NCBI RefSeq assembly: GCF_009834535.1
Contig: NC_045697.1
Location: forward strand, 104,100,001 to 104,164,000
Direction: 5' to 3'
DNA from: Camelus ferus
Lineage: Eukaryota
Length of the DNA: 64,000 nucleotides
Position numbers and translations under genes: made by a program. Of the stretch, positions 1 to 14,458 are shown piece after piece (the first letter of the stretch is position 1; every line of letters starts with the position of its first letter). The notes below the pieces were generated by a model. It was given only the letters and a program-made list of their open reading frames with translations, did no database searches and was not told where the DNA came from.

Positions 1-2499
1 CTCATAAAATTCATGCATAAAAAGAGGAAAGAGGACATCTTTCCCATGATCACTAAAAATGGGTGGAGAATGTAGGAAAGAACCGACCATCAGCAAGACA
101 GGATAAGTGGACTTCCAAATTCTATTTCTGTCCATGAGATCAAGATGGTAAAGGGGACAGTCCTTACAATGGTGGCCTCCTCCACAAATCTGTTACTGGA
201 TCTTCCTGTCATGATTGGATGCACTGAAGAAAAGGGGAGCCATTCCAGTGCGTCTTCACAGCATTCCCTTGCTCTTGGCTCCTCTCAGCTCCCAGAGAAC
301 CACACTGAGATACACCATCTAGAATCTGCCCAATGAACTGACTGTCAACAATAAATTCTAGGCCCTGAACTGAGCATGTCGACTAGGACATCTCTTCTTC
401 AGAAGTTCCCCAGTCACTGGGAGAACTTGGGATCAATGCTGTAGACCTGGGCTAGCCTTTACTCAATTCCTGTGCTAAAGTCACAGATAAAGGCATTCTG
501 AGCTGGAAGATGTGTACTTCCTGAGCTGTTCCTACAATGATCTTCCCCTGCCCATCTTCAGAGAACATGATCAGCACCTGGGATCACCTCCCAAAGTCTA
601 TTTCTAATCATCCACCTGGTCTCCCATAGCAAGGTCTGGACTCAGAGCCCGTATGGGTTGAAATGGAATGCATTATTGACAGAATGAGAGATAATGCTTA
701 GAAGCCATCTCTCTTTGAATTGAGGGAGAAGAGAAAGGACAAAAATGAAGAAAGAAATCAAGGGTCACCTTGACCAATACTAATCCCTCCAGGCTCACCC
801 TCCAGAAAACAGACTCACCTCTACACAGTTCCATGTAAATCAGCTAGTCTCAGTGCTAAGGCCATTAATTTGGTCAAAGGCAAGGCTTGGACTCAGATCC
901 TGAATCAACGGAGTGGGGGAGAGGATGGGTGCTGGTGCTTACTCAACTATGAATGCTAATGTGGTCAACCATGGTCAACCCCACCACTGGTTTGCTCCCC
1001 ATGAATAAAGCTGCAACTTCAAGGCTTAGACCCTAGTGCCAACCTGGCCAGAGAGGGTGAAAGTTAAGGTTCTGCCCCATCATCTTGTTATTGTTGCTCT
1101 GGCCCCAGATGGTACTTGGGGAGACACCAGTGCTTCCCTAATCTTGTCTCTTAAAAAGCCCTCTCTGTCACAGGGTCTGACATCTGGCCCTACTAGACCT
1201 CTTTGTGCTGCTCCAGAATTCATGGGTACATATCCTATGGACCCAGTGTCTGAAAGCTTTCTACAGTGCTCCTCAGATGTGGTGTGAATGCTGCCTTTTC
1301 ATTAGTCCTTCCAAATAGGTCACAATTCTTAAAGAAGATACAGCTACTGATTTGCTACAAGTGTCTGTCAGACCATGACTACTCCATGCCTGCTATCCCA
1401 GCTGTAATCTGAAGATATGTGACCTGAAGAACGAGACTAACAGCACTGAGTCAGTGGAAAACAGGCCACATTGTATATCTGAGCTCCATCTTTAGCAGCA
1501 GTGGGGACTAGAACCTGTACTCGACTCTGACCAGGGGGCTCTGGTCACATATGTGCTCATGGGCTGAACATTGGCCCTGAGTGCACCCAGGTGCCCAGTC
1601 CCTATGACTATGGTTTCTGCTCATGTTCATTTGCTCTGCAGTTCCCTGAGGGTGCTGGAGCCATGCCCTGGACCACAGCCTGCCCTTTGTCATCTGCTGG
1701 CTGGTATCCTACTTTAACCTGAATGGACATCCCTGGAACTAGGATGCTGCCACCAGCCCCTGACACAGCTGCCGCCTGGCTGTTGCTATGGGGCCTCCAT
1801 ATGTGGGTCTTGTCTGGACCAATCAGAGCAGTTATGCGGAAGCTACAACACCATCACCTCAGGGGTAACCCCATGTTCAGGGAAGTCCTCACTGCACTCT
1901 GGCCACATATTTTAAGTAGCCCTAGTTTACCCTCCTCATGAAAATTCTACCCCAGATTAAAAAAGCTGCACAGACAATTTTCACCACTGCTAGGTACATC
2001 AAACACTCAGAGTCAATCTCTAGAACTTTCATCAACACCAAATCAGTCATTTCATCCATCCGGCAATAAAGCATGGTTCTTGTGGCCAATGAACTGATTA
2101 AGGGCGCAGAAACATAGTTTGGCTCTTTCAAAAAGCAATTGCAAAACAAAATAACACAATCTAACTTGAAAATTGTTTCAGAGCCAAAACATTCTTTTAT
2201 TATGGAATATGGGTGCATTTGATCATGCTAGAGGGTGGGGCACCTAAATGTGAGCAAGCCATTGACCCGTGAAGGTGACCTCACAGCGGCCCCACCCTGA
2301 TCACATGTCCCAAACTCCTCCTCACTCTCTCTGCCACTAAAATGACACAGTGCCATGGTTACTAATCGTGTTAGTGGCCATTAAGTGCTCCGGTATTTGC
2401 TGAGTGAGTGAATAGATAGATGAATGAATAAATAAGTAAGTAAAGAAAGCAATGAGTAAATCCTCCAATAGAAATACATACAGAGATTTTAAAAGATCA

Positions 2500-2680
2500 G
2501 AAGGAGAGGGAAATTGAGAGTTGTTGTTTAATGCGTATTGAGTTCCAATTTTGCAAGAAGAAAAGGTTCTGGCGACCAGTTGCATGACAGTATGAATATA
2601 CTTAACACTACTGAACTGTACGCTTACAAAGAGTTAGGATGGTAAATTCTGTTATGCACTTTTCACTGCAATAAGTTTTT
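2500..2680 (+). mobile_element. L1 (L1MB-like) 3' end, 5'-truncated
   Basis: L1MB-type tail (tatacttaacactactgaactgtacgctta). TSD AAAAGATCA at 2491-2499 and 2681-2689, preceded by TTTT (canonical TT/AAAA site). Confidence 0.85.
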
Positions 2681-3534
2681 AAAAGATCAAATCAAATTTA
2701 AAAAATCAGAAATAAAATTTATAGAAAAACTCGGAATACAGCTATGATCACTATCCGAATCTCACTGGAGCCACTCTTAAATTTTCATCAATGTACTCTG
2801 GCTGCTTCAGCCCTAATTTTTTAAAATTATATTATTCCTTATTTCTTTCATGACTTATTTTTTTGGAGTCAGTAATTGACAGTTCCATTATCATTATAAT
2901 TGGAGAATTTGATGGTTCCAATTATAAAAACAAACAAAAACAACTCTTACTCTTTTCAGTTGGAGGATGGTCCTATAGTAGAGAAAAAGTACTAAATTGT
3001 ATTGTAGTATATAATTTTCATAATTAGCACGTCATGAAATTAAAGTAATTCTTGGTTTGCCTAGAGCAATGCCTATCAGCACAGACTCTGAACCCAGATG
3101 ACTAGTTAATACTAGCCCCACCACTAACCAGCTTAATTTCTTTGTGCCACAGTTTCCTCACCTTCAAAATGAAGTCAGTAATTCCTAAAAGCTGAAAAAA
3201 AATTTTACTTCACCCAGAATCAAGAATAATAATTTTTAAAAGCCTAAGCAAGGATATGACTTGCAATTCTACTTAAGCAAGAATTTATTCCATTTTTACA
3301 AGCTGAAAAACAAAACTCTACTTTCAACAATGGACTAAAAGTTTTATCAAGTAACTTCTCAAATCATTGTTAAGTCATAACTCTTCAGTACATAATTTGG
3401 TAATCACCTATGACCCTCACATTAAAAATAATCACTGTTGGTATATGACACATACCAAATATAATTCTGTTTTACATTGTGTTTTGTATCTTACTACGTA
3501 ATGTATCATGAGCATTTTGTCAAAGCAATATATG

Positions 3535-4521
3535 TTGAGATTTCCTGTACAATTTAGAATGAAATCCAAAGCCCTCAGCTTGGCCCACAAACCCCAGTGT
3601 GATCGCAAGCCTCCTGGTCTAAACTCAGCTCCTCTCCTTTCACCTCCAGCCTTCCTCACTGAGCTCACAAGTGGGCCTTGCAGGTTCTTGAGCCTGCTCA
3701 GCATGCATTTGCCTCAGGGCCTTTGCACTTCCTAAGTCCTCTCTCTAGAAACTCTTACACCAGATTTTTACAAGGCTCACTCACTCACTTCATTCACCTT
3801 CTAACAGGTGAAGAGATTCTGTAAAGTAGTGTGAATGAAAAATACTGCAAACCATATCAGTAAACAAAGAATGCTGAAGCCATCAAGTCATTAGCGGCTG
3901 CCACCACCCCTGAGTGAAAACACGCCTGCAGCCTGGCCTCTGCAGCCACTCACAATGGTGCACTCTGAGGGCACTCAGAATAAGAAAGAACAGGATACTG
4001 GCCCTAGATAGCTAGGTGCTTGTCAAAGGAGTGAATTCAATGAGCCCAAATGTTTGCTTCCTCTCATACATAGAAAAGCGCTAAATTCTTAAACTTGAGA
4101 TGTCTGGTTTTCTTTAGTTAACAAGTAATCTTTTAATGTTCCAACTACCTGGTCTTTGCTGTAAAGCTTCTATATATCCTAGCTCCTCCCCTACCTCTTC
4201 AGAGCAGTCCCTCAGAGCGATCTGAGAGGCTGTCATCCCGGGCTGAGTCCTTAGAATTGTCCACCGAATGAAACATAACTCTCAACTTTTAGGTTGTGCA
4301 TTTATTTCAGTCGACTGTAGCAACCACTACATACCCCTTTACCCTGCTTTATTTTTCATCTGAGCACTCACCACTACTTAACATGTTACATAGCTATTAG
4401 TGGTTAAGGCCTGTTCTTTCCAGTAGAATGTTAGTGACATGAGAGCAAAGATTTTGTCTGTCTTGTTAACTGTTATATCCCCAGGAACTAGGTTCTAAAC
4501 AAATATTTGTTGAATGAATGA
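3535..4521 (+). mobile_element. L2 LINE 3' fragment, split by the solo LTR
   Basis: L2-type motifs (aaatccaaagccctcag, gcctcagggcctttgcact) and terminal aaatatttgttgaatgaatga. Confidence 0.75.
3830..4316 (+). mobile_element. Solo LTR, ERV1-like, inserted in an L2
   Basis: Starts TGTGAATGAAA and ends TTTCAGTCGACT (imperfect inverted termini). 4-bp TSD GTAG at 3826-3829 and 4317-4320. TATA-like TATATA at 4171. Degenerate poly(A) signal AATGAA near 4267. Confidence 0.8.
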
Positions 4522-5997
4522 CTTTTGCTCTGATTTGTCATTCATGACAGCACAGAACTCTGCTGCATGAATTTGCTTAATGCATTTAACTAATCTCCTA
4601 TTTTGAGATATCATAAATTGTATCGCCATGGCTATGTTTAAATACATTCCCTTCGATGCTTCTGGACTGTCCCTTCAGGGTTAAATTAGTGCAGCTGCCT
4701 CCTAACCATCCCCCCTTCTTCTTTTTCCTTCTCCCCCAGGACGCATCACAACCAGACTCACAGCATCTTTTCCTTAGACTGAAGGTATGGAAGCCCAAAC
4801 TCTGAATGGTGGCATGTTCCCAGTTTGCCTTTCCATACTCAGTTCCCATCACTGCTCAGAAATAAACTTTCCACTTTAAATAGGCTGCATTTCCTTAATG
4901 CAATGAACTGTTAGTTTCTGTAATTACGCTTTAGTGTATGTAGGTCCCTCTTACAGAACGTATTCCTGTTTCTTTACTTGCCTGAATTCCACCCGTCTTC
5001 CCAGGCCACCACCAGTGCTTACTGACTCCATCACGCCTTCCTTGCATCTAGTCTGTGTGGTCTCTCCCTTCCTTGAATTGCTCTGCTCTTCCTGCATCTC
5101 ACTCAAGACAGCCCCTGACTATCGACCAAGTTCCAGCTCCTACCACGCTGTAGATTACAATGTGCAATATCCTGAAGTACAGAAACCTTTTCCCCCTCTT
5201 TCTCAAAGTCCTATGCAGTTCTAGCCACAAAATAATAAACATTCTCTAATTTAACTCTTTTGCCAAAATCAAAACTCTTGTGGAAAATGAGACAGTGTTT
5301 CAAGGGAAGAAACAGAATTATTCATAATCAAATATTTTCATCTTCCCATATATTTTATTTGAATGCTCTCTACCCAGTATCCTTACATAAATAATTTTAA
5401 TTCTTAAAATTCCAACTTTTATTAAGCCACCATATAAAACACGTTGCTGATGAAATTTCTGTTGTTGTTTCACACTTTGGCTTGTCTTAAGATAACATAA
5501 TTAAGTATGATATTATTTTTAAAGGAACATTTCCTTCAGAAATTATTATAAAATCAGAATAGGGTGGTATTGAGTTATATAGGTTATAGATATCATAGGA
5601 CTTGGGACGCTAGCAAAATCAAGAAGTCTGCCTTTCCTTGTTCCCATTTTTGTACGTGAGAAATTAAGCTAAAATGGACAAAGAGGTTTTTAAGAAAGGA
5701 AAAACAATTCAAAAGGCTGCAGCACCTATGTAGATGAAGGATGTGTGGAGGGCTGAGGGAAGATGCTTTCTCTCCGTGATGACACGGCTGGGAACTCTAG
5801 GCTAAGCGCTCGGCAGAGGTATGACTCCAAAAATACCCAAGGTGAGTCCAAAACCACACCCCTTTGCTTTCTCATCTCAGTAACTTACATTCTCATACTA
5901 AGCCTCAGGTCTTTCTCTCGATCCCCATGTGCTTCCTGGTTGCCTGGACTCGGGATCCTTTAAAACACCCTGGGCAGCGGGGCAAAGAGCCACTCAC

Positions 5998-6183
5998 CCT
6001 CTTCCTCGAAGAGAAGTCCCATGTGTGCGTGCGCCTCGGCTTCCTTCTTCCCGCCGTCAATTTTGATGAGTTGAGCGATCTTTAAACACCGTTCATAGAA
6101 GTGGTTTCTTACCCACTTGTCTTCAGAATTATTGAAGTAACAGGCCAGAGCATACAAGTTATTATAGACGTCTTCAAAGTATT
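5998..6183 (-). CDS. TTC29: TTC29 fourth coding exon (186 nt, c.401-586), start of TPR-like helices
   Basis: (E)YFEDVYNNLYALACYFNNSEDKWVRNHFYERCLKIAQLIKIDGGKKEAEAHAHMGLLFEEE(G). Acceptor tctctctttgaAG, donor GAGG|GTgagt. Phase 1 in and out. Later exons lie outside the window. Confidence 0.96.
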
Positions 6184-9100
6184 CTTCAAAGAGAGAAAAA
6201 CGTTATAAAATGCATTAGAAAAATGTCTGATGGCACATCCCCTCAAAGGGCAAACCAATACTGTCACATTTATTTTCCATTTTCCCTTAAAAGTATGATT
6301 AACTTTTTAAAATGGAAATGCAAAAATTAAATTCATGAGTTTTCACTATTAAAAATATATAAATTAAAGGATGTGCACATGAGAAAAGCAACAAAAATCT
6401 TTCTGAAAAATTAGAACGTGTTAGAAATTGACATACTCTTTGGTTGAAACATTGGTCTTTTATAAGACAAAAAGCAAAAACCATATCAGCAATGTGCTCA
6501 GTTCCTTTGGAAGAAATGAGTATGTGGTGTCATCAAGTACTTTTTTCCACTGAAGATTTGAAAAGTATTTAGAGATTCCAGAGAAAGTAATGTTTATTAA
6601 CCATGGCAAAAAGATAAATGAAGAAAGCAGATAGAATCTGAAAATGGGGTGGGGGGAAGCATGCATGCAGCTTATAGATACAAGGAAGGATAATCAGGAT
6701 GATCTGATAAGCTCATACACTTTCTAGTGCTCTTTCTGGCAATACAAGTTACTAGCAATGTTAAGGAAAAATGGATTTCTATGCTTATCTTTTCTGTGAA
6801 AATACATCAACACTAGTAATCCCTCTCACTCAGACAGTTGCTGGCTTATTTAACCCCTCTTTTTATTCCTAAAGTGGCATGTAACCTATTTGTACACAAA
6901 AAAAGTGTCAATATATTGTGAATCAGTCTTATAACGTTCACTGCAATCAGTCATAAACAAAAATGTATGTGTGTTAAACTATGCCTCACTCTTATAAACT
7001 TCACTCTATTGGTGAATATGAACAAATTCATAATCTTTTTTTTTTTTTTTTTTTTTTTGCGTTTGTGCTGAAAGCACAGTTGTAAATGTGTAGTAGCCTC
7101 TGGATTACCCTTCCAAAGATTTTTGTTTGTTTGTAACAATCATTATCTGTTAGAATTCACTGATTTTAATTTTTCACTACTATCAGAAGAGTCAACCTAT
7201 ATATTCCTGAAAGAATTACAATTATGAAAAGCATTTATATATTGCCCACTAGTACTTCTAGAAGATTAAAATATAAAGACTCAGAAAAAATGAAGTCACG
7301 CTGAGTATAACAAAAGTTAACTTTAAAGAACTGTATATAAGTCACTCCAGTGTTTCAAAAGAAATTCCTAAAACCTGTGTCATTCCTTTACAAACACTGC
7401 TTCATAATTCCATGGGAAATTAAGATTTATCTCAAAATAAGTTTAATATCTAAAAATTAAAGTTTAAAAAATTCTCCCTATCTCCCATTTTTGAAGAAGC
7501 TGGGGATTCTGGAGAGCCATTCTGCTTTTAAGGTTATTCACAATAGGCAATAGCTTCAGTGAAAAGTGGAGGGTACCCTGACTTACTTACTTGAAACAAA
7601 TACTCTCATTTCAGAACTGACTTCTCCTATGCTTTATCTCTCCATTCTGAACCTTCTGCCTAATATGAATAGAGCATTAACATCTGTTTTGTAACATTTT
7701 ATATTTATTCTTTCTCATATTTAGTGATTAGAGTAGTGATTTTTTTAAAGCCTGTAAATAAAACATTTTGTATCTTCCATTTTAAAAAGTTATATAAAGA
7801 TTTTTAAAAATATATATATACAATCCTGAAATAATTTTTCTGCTTTTCAGTAATTAAACCTTAAGAGAAAAACATTTCCAAAATTTCATAAGCCAAGTTT
7901 GCGGTTTTGTTTAGAATGAGGTACATAAACTATTTAGATTATATATTTAAAGACTACTTGTCAGCTAAGCTATTTTTCTATAGAAGAATTGAATGTTTCT
8001 TCAGAGTATTAAGTATAACGGAATATACTCAAGTTTTGAATCTCTGGATAATCCAAATATATGGCTTGTACCCTTTCTATTCTAAGCAGCCTTTTCTCCT
8101 TGTTTGTGGAACATTTCACTTCCTTGATTTGTCAGCAGGTATGTTTATAAGATGAAAATAAATTTTACTGTTGATTTATTATTTAAATAAGTATTCATTA
8201 TGCTACCTAAAAAGGAGATCTTATGATGAAATAAATTTGGAAAATACTCCACTAATTTCCCTCTTTCAGTGAACCACACAATACTATTAGCATATTAAAG
8301 GCTCTGATAAGTCCTGCAATAAACCAACCTGCTTAATGTCAATGTTAATTCAGCTGGTTGTTTCTCAAACTTATTTCACCAGACAATTATTTTTGTTTTC
8401 CTTTACATAAAACGTATAAAACATCCTGTAGGACTATGCTTGAGTAGAACATACTTTGGGTAGCTTAAATAAATGTTATTAGAAAAAAACCTGCTGCTTA
8501 ACCCTTGACAACAATTTAAAGTCAAGTGTAAATAATGTTTGAATTATCTATTGATTCGGTTACCCATTACCATTATTGCCATCTCTTCCCCTGCCCCATG
8601 GGGCATAAGGCCCTAATCATAATGTTACAGATGGTACAGAGATGATTCACAACAACGGGAAATATAAGAAGTATTATCAGGGACAAAGGAACACTTTAAC
8701 GAACTCAAAATAATCCAAAAAGAAATGACTGGCTTACTTTAAGCACTTCTTTGCTATAAAACAGAAAGTGATATTTTGAAAAGTAAATTTTTAAATAACT
8801 CTAGGTTCCTGCTCTGCGAGTCTCAAGAGACAGAACTGACCCGAGATGACTATTGTTAGTGCCATAGCTTTGATTAAATGAACTTCATTGTGACCCTAGA
8901 GTGATGGTCTTTCCAATGAGAAGCAATGAGAATGCTCAGAGATATGCGGCTCCAGGATAATTGTCTCAGATCCCACAACCATATGGGATGGAATCTTTGA
9001 GGTGCCATTAACAGATTTTTATATTCTAGATTAAGTGTATGTGTGTGTGTGGGGGGGGGGTTGAGATTTTGGATAAATTCAAGTTAATAAGTGTGAATGT

Positions 9101-11018
9101 GCATATTCCCTATACCATTTTCTGGGATACTCTTAACTCAGTTCACAATTTTTCTCCAGTAAAGTTCATGTGTTAAATGTGAAAAATTATATATATTTAA
9201 AAAATAAGCATACAAATGTTTACATGTCCTTCAACCAAAGTATTTCTAATAATTTTCTCTCCAGTAATTTTAATTCTCCATATTTTAACCCAGCAAAAGT
9301 CACTGCATTTTGAAGGCAATAAATCTACAGAAGAGTTGTTCTGAGCAGGAGGTAATTTTGTTCCATTTAATAAATGCAACTTTACTTACCATGAAAATAT
9401 GATAAACCACTCAGTAAAGAAAATGCTTCATTACTTGTACCATGTGCATAAGATATTGTCTGTTACAAAGTTAGGATTTTTACAATTTTTGAAGTTGGGG
9501 AAACATTTTAACTTATACATACAGTTTTTTCTTTAATAAAAAATGATAAATTAAAAGTTTTCTGTCTTCAAATAGATTATTTAGCATTTTAGTTTCTTTA
9601 TGACAATTTTCTCATTTTGTGACTAGTGATGTGTTTGGCTCCTATTTATGCTACTAAAATGAATACCTCTAAAACATTTAGTAAATCTTTATTAAAACAA
9701 CTTGAAAAAAATGACTAGTGGGCAAATTTTATCTTGATCAATTCTATTTTCAGTGTAAATATCACTTAAGAATTTGAGGTTGCTACTGAATGTCAGTTTT
9801 TTACAATAGCATTTTAAAATTTGTAACAGTTAATTTCTTGAGACATTATATGTAAATCACATTTTTAAAATGACTCTAATTTTAAAGTCAATCCTGAGTT
9901 ACTTTTCATTATACAAATAATCAAATAATTACCTCTTGTCTACACACACACACCCACACACTCTAGTTCACTTGTGGTAGTGTTGTTAGGATTTTTGTAT
10001 GTCTCGTATTTTTAAGTCAGCTCACATCCTGCTCAGAAATACGTACTGACTCCACTATAGAGACTAAAAGACCTGCTACTCCTCTCATGCTGATTCTATG
10101 TCTCCATCAATTTTCCCCATTGTAGCACTGGGTAACAAAAAAAATTGTCTAATACTCTATTTTCCCATAGAAAGGCCTGAAATGAAATAAAGACGTTGTC
10201 ATGTTGGGGCTTGAGCTTCTCTTTTGAATCCTGTGGTATTTTCACACAAAAAGTTGATGAAAAGAATAACTGAGAACATCAAATTTATATGCCAAATTTG
10301 GGGATTTCTCTTATTACCTAAAATGACGAATTCCGAATAGGTTAAGTTAAGAAATATTTATGACAACAATATCACTATAATTATAGTAGAGATTAAAATA
10401 TTTTTTTTAATACTTGAAACATATTGACTTTTTGGGAAATTTTAGGATACCAAAAAAAAAAAAAAAAGAAATGTATTAGAAGTTATGTGATAGAAAATAT
10501 AAAGTTAACAATTTTATTCACAATTGTAAATTGCAGGCTTTTCATGTCTCCTCACTATTCACTAATAAAAATTTTCTGAAATCTATAAAACCTTATTGAT
10601 TAAACCTTCCATTTACATTATATAAACACAAGCAAATAAGTATAATTTTCAAGTGATAGTACTCTTTGAAAGTATCTCCTCAGTGGAAGTCAGTATTTAG
10701 ATTATATATAAAGAAAAAACTATGGTAAGGTTTATAGTGAATGAGACCAAAGATTTTAATACAAAGGAAAGCTCTGGAGAGCTTTCATCATCTTTCCTAG
10801 CTTAGAGTGACATCACCAGGATGGCCCTGTGTCTGGGCAGCCCTGTGATTCAGTGTTCCTATTGTTTATTCCATTAAGATGCTTAGTTGATGAGGTTGAA
10901 TTGTGCTAAGGTGTCTTCACGTTTGAAATTCATACATGAAACAATTTGGAACCTTCCCTGGAGTGCTCACTGTTCTGGCTTCTGCAGCCCTGCTTCCCCA
11001 AATCCCTCCTCCACTTAC

Positions 11019-11242
11019 CTTTCCTTTCAGCTGCTTCGGCCCTGGTCAGGTAGTAGTAGAAGTGATCCAGCTTGTCAGGCTGCTCTTCCAGGGGTCTCTG
11101 CACCCACAGGAGGGACCTGACTCTCGCAGCCTCCCTCAGGGCATCCCACTTCTCCATCAGAGAGAAGAGCTCTGTAAAGGACTTGTGATAACCATCTCGC
11201 AGCATGTCCACACAGATGTTCTTCTTGTACGAGTTCCGGTAA
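11019..11242 (-). CDS. TTC29: TTC29 third coding exon (224 nt, c.177-400)
   Basis: [74 protein letters not shown] inside ORF 10930-11268. Acceptor ttattcccAG, donor AAAG|GTaagt. Phase 2 in, phase 1 out. Confidence 0.96.
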
Positions 11243-11528
11243 CTGGGAATAAGAATCAGAACACTCAAAGCCTTATTTTAATCCTTGAAATCTGTGCAGC
11301 TGTTTTGATCCGATAATAATTAAAGGTTAAATCATGCTGTTTTTCTTTTTTTCCCTCAGTGAAAGCACTGAACACCATCTTTGCCTCAAACACTTATAAT
11401 TGAACTTCAGTTTAATGAAAGATGCCAGGAGCTATCTAAATACAGTAATTTTAGTGAAATTACATTATAAATATATCAGTTCCAGAGCTGAGCTCCCTTT
11501 GATAAGGACAAATAAGCTAGTTGACTGA

Positions 11529-11880
11529 TGTCTTAGTCTGTTTGGGCTGATAGAACCAACTACCCCTGGACAGAGCAGCTTATAAACAACTGAAATTTAT
11601 TGCTCACAGTTCTGTGGGCTGGCAGTCTAAGATCAAGGTTCCAGGAAGGTTGCCTTCTGGTGACCTTCCTGTTTCAGAGCCAGCACGTTCTAGTTGTGCC
11701 CTCACATACCATAAGGTGCCAGGAAGTTCTCAGGAGCCTCTTTTACAAGAGCACTAATCCCATTTATAAGCACCCCACCCTCATGACCTAACCACCTTCT
11801 AAAGCCCCATTTACCTACATCTTTGGGGATCAGGATGTCAGCCTATGAATTTTAAGGGACACAACATTCAGACCACAGCA
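11529..11880 (-). mobile_element. MaLR solo LTR (MLT1A-like)
   Basis: TGTCTTAGTC...CAGACCACAGCA termini and 5-bp TSD ACTGA at 11524-11528 and 11881-11885. Confidence 0.85.
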
Positions 11881-13759
11881 ACTGACAATATCCAAAAATA
11901 CTTAATACATTAGCCTCCCACCAAAACAAAACAAAACAAAAGAGCAAGCCAAGCAAAAATTAAACATGTCATTTAGTATCAAAACAGTACTCTACTAAGT
12001 GGTTTCACTGTAGGTTACAGAGGTTCATTCATTCATCCACTAATTTATGCAGAAAATAATTATTGAAATCTCTTGCCAAATATATTTTTAAAAATTATTT
12101 TCAGTTTGGATTAAGTTAATGATTTGTTAATGTAATATCTCACTTCTAACTTAATAATAAATCATATGCAAGGAGATAAAGTGACGAATGAATAGTCCAT
12201 TTATTTATTCAACAAATAGCTATTGAGTTTCCTACTGAGTGACGGGCACTGTTCTGGACCAAATAGATTCAGTGCCCTTGTGAAGTCTGTATTCTAGTGG
12301 GAGAGCACAACCAACAAATAAGTAAACAAATCATAAATAATTTCCGCTGATGAAAATTGCTGTATAGGAGATAAGCAGGGCTATGGAATAACAGCTGTGT
12401 GGTGGCTATTATTCCACTAAGCAAGTAATCAGAGGCCAAATGACACAAATGCTTTATCCTAATTATTTTACGTTATTCTTTAAAGAGGAGACAATTAAAT
12501 ACTTAGAACTGACATGATGTGATACTACAAGCAATGAGCATTTCAGTGTGGACTGAAGAGCCTAGATTCAGAACACCCAAGGTTGAGGCCAGCTCTTCCT
12601 AACCTCATTTCTTCTCATCTCATTCCTTCTCATCTGTGAAACGCACATATGAGTCTATGCCCTACGTACATCACAGGGTTCTTCTAAGAACCAACTAAAA
12701 TTACATGTATGAAAATGCTCTAAGAAACGTGACATTCTGAACTACTGGCTCTCAACTCCTTGCTCTGCAATCAACTCACCTACAGAGTTTAAAAAACAAA
12801 CAAACAAACAAACAAACCAAAAATGGCCAAGCCCCATCCACCAAGAAGTTAAGAAGTTTTTACACAGTGGATCAGCTTGGGTCTAGAACAAAATGCAGTA
12901 ATAAGGGAGTTGGGAGAGGGAAGTTAAAAAAAAAAAAAAGAAGGCAAGACCCAGATCATGGAGACCTCAAAGCCATGGCAGGAAGTTTGGACTCCAAGCT
13001 AGGAGCGAAGGGAGCCACAGAAGGGTCTGAGTCAAGAAAATGACTCAGTGAGATTGTATTTTCAGAACCATCCCAGCTGAACTGCAATGCTCCCCTCCCT
13101 GGCAGCTGATGCAGGACACCTGTTACTACAGGACTAGTCCATAAAGAGAGTAAGGAAAGCACATTCCCAGGCCAAAAAGTCAAAAGCCACCATTTTGTCA
13201 AAATGAAGACCAAAAATATTTAAAACAGAGAAGAGAGAAGCAATCGCAGATTTTTGTTTGTTTCTGCCCTCTAGCTGAGACAGAGGAGGAGGGTGGGAGA
13301 AGGGAGCAGTGAGACACTGAGAAGAGCCAGGTCCTCTCTCCCCTTCCCTCCCAAATGCCCCCACACAAGGGCATGGAAAGGCAGCAGAAGTCACTGCAGA
13401 GGTTTTCTCAGCTGAAGAGGACGTGAACCAGCGTCCCCCACCCTGTAATTTCCCACAGACCATGGATAGTACTGGCTGAGTGCCATAATTGTCTAGTGGG
13501 CTCTGTGTGTGTGTATGACATAAAAGTGAACGGCAAGAGAGGGCTGGTACATGTGCCACAGTGTCACTGGCCGCAGCAAGGGGATGTCTGCTGAAAGTCT
13601 TTTGGATGCGCTGCCCATTGGAGACTGAAGGGGGACCCAGCTGTAACTGAGAATAAGAAGCACTGGGGAGCTACAGAGGGTCAGGTCAGCATACTTCCAG
13701 AGCTGACCAAAAGGGATGAATCAAGGGCATCAGGGACAGACACCTGTACAGAACCCTGT

Positions 13760-14237
13760 AGTCAGAAACACATTCAACTACAAGTAAGCAAACCTGGCTC
13801 ACAATGCCTTCAAAACTAGAGTTTTCGATTTCCCACAGCACAAGACGCCTAAAGGTAGGCAGCTGCTGGCCTTGATTCAGTGGCCTGGCAAGTTCAAGGC
13901 CCGTGCCTCTGGGATTGTTTTATCCTTCCCCTCACTAGTCACTAGAGGGCTGTCCCAGCTCCAGACATCTTGTCCACCTTCAAGGCAAGAAGAAAGGGCA
14001 GAGTCAGGTGTTATCAGCTGTGTCTTACTCTATCACTGGGGAAAACAAAAGCACTCCTGCAACTACTATTGGGTTTTCCACGTTGATCCTGTTGATGAGA
14101 ACTGTGTCATGGGGCCACCCCTGGCTGCAGGGCACACTGCCTGATCTTGGGCACACTGCTGCCCCAAATGAAACTGGAGTTATGGTAGCAAAGAAGAGAG
14201 AAATGGATGCTAGCAAAGCAAGTTCGGTGTCTATCAC
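13760..14237 (-). mobile_element. Old MaLR LTR (MLT1J/K-like)
   Basis: Recalled motifs (caagtaagcaaacctggctcac, tcatggggccacccctggctgcaggg). Degenerate. Confidence 0.55.
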
Positions 14238-14286
14238 AAGATCCTAGATCAAGACCTGGGAGTAAATGCTGACAAACTCCCACTCC

Positions 14287-14458
14287 TGGGGTTGCCAGAT
14301 AAATCTGAGTATCAGATAAACTACGAATGATTTTTTTAGTATTAGTATACCCCAAATATTGCATGGGAATACTTATACCAAAAAAAAAGTTTCTTATATT
14401 TTGAAAGTCAAATTGAAGTGTATGCCTTGTATTTTCATTTGTTAACCTAGTAACTCTA
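14287..14458. mobile_element. MER53 palindromic hAT MITE
   Basis: GGGTTGCCAGAT terminus, central palindrome tttttttagtattagtataccccaaatattgcatgggaatacttataccaaaaaaa, degenerate right terminus ctagtaactcta. Confidence 0.8.

Noticed and set aside
10887..11316. Plus-strand ORFs of 77 and 126 aa
   Set aside because: Antisense shadows of the TTC29 coding exon.
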